Shown here: piece by piece, positions 63,510 through 64,000 of the stretch | How positions within the stretch are numbered: the first letter of the stretch is position 1 | Layout of the letters: every line of letters begins with the position of its first letter | NCBI GenBank assembly: GCA_963793425.1 | Contig: CAWCAG010000005.1 | Span: 1,920,001-1,984,000, forward strand | DNA length: 64,000 nt | Direction of reading: 5' to 3' | DNA from: an uncultured cyanobacterium | GTDB lineage: Bacteria; Cyanobacteriota; Cyanobacteriia; Cyanobacteriales; CAWCAG01 | The notes under the pieces: generated by a model | The model's database searches: none | What the model saw: the letters and a program-made list of their open reading frames with translations, nothing else | Told to the model about the DNA's origin: nothing | Position numbers and translations under genes: made by a program

Positions 63510-63535
63510 TGTACGGCTTGCCGTTGCCGTTAGGC
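63510..63535 (+). repeat. 26-bp dispersed repeat copy
   Basis: Identical to 61732-61757, embedded in AGTTATC heptamers. Confidence 0.85.
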
Positions 63536-63582
63536 ATCAGTTATTAATGTACGGCCCCTAATTACCAATTCCTAAATTAACA

Positions 63583-64000
63583 ATGACAGAAAGGCCTGAT
63601 TCAGTTTCTCCAGATTCGGAGGTAGTTGGTAACAACAATTCTCATGGTGCAAATAATCAAGGTGATGAAGCCCAAGCCTCAGCCACAATTTTAGCTCGGC
63701 AAATGCCTGAAGGGCCTTTAGCAGTATTGCCCAACAATCAACTTATCTATCAAGGTGATCCTCTTAGTAAAGAAAAGGCTAATTCTTCTAAGTCTTGGAT
63801 TATTCTCACTGCCGTTACGGTGATGTTGGTAGGATTGTTTTTGAATAATACTTGGATTGGGCTTTCTGGCAGCTTAGTTGCTCTGTTAACTTCTTTGGGA
63901 GTAATTCTACCTCCAATCAAAACATGGCTGTCTGAGAACCTGAGAAGCACTGAAGGAGTCCAATTAATTGCCTTTGTGGGTTTTATACTGGCTTCAGCTT
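63583..64000 (+). CDS. 5' part of a membrane protein, truncated by the window end
   Basis: ATG 63583 opens a stop-free frame MTERPDS...WIILTAVTVMLVGLFL... to the end of the window. Confidence 0.7.
   Translation, partial: MTERPDSVSPDSEVVGNNNSHGANNQGDEAQASATILARQMPEGPLAVLPNNQLIYQGDPLSKEKANSSKSWIILTAVTVMLVGLFLNNTWIGLSGSLVALLTSLGVILPPIKTWLSENLRSTEGVQLIAFVGFILASA

Overview
Cyanobacterial chromosomal window (frequent HIP1 GCGATCGC octamers, heptamer STRR arrays, rpaA, psbV, petE, pntAB). Most of it is housekeeping, signalling and lipid genes (tex, rpaA, hisIE, folC, miaA, gyrB, shc, cobA, cbiX). I found no tRNA, rRNA or CRISPR array. The most notable locus is 20.3-25.2 kb. It has a 1209-aa NLR-like NACHT protein with 16 variable HEAT repeats, whose N-terminal EAD10-like domain contains the RHIM-like motif ITGDFNNVQLG. 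The small membrane-protein gene just upstream has a tail, hidden by a +1 frameshift and absent from the ORF track, that carries the near-identical motif ITGDRNNVQFG. This looks like a receptor/effector amyloid-signalling pair. Beside it is a divergent HTH gene pair with a lambda-like switch (overlapping promoters, operator boxes, leaderless transcript). Other non-obvious items: a 264-bp non-autonomous IS200/IS605 (TnpB omegaRNA-type) element in a promoter, two copies of a TIR-bounded MITE, a deleted methyltransferase pseudogene, a ClC protein lacking the gating glutamate, a Cys-less LOV-like kinase and a divergent RNase III. All family assignments come from motif recognition, not database searches.
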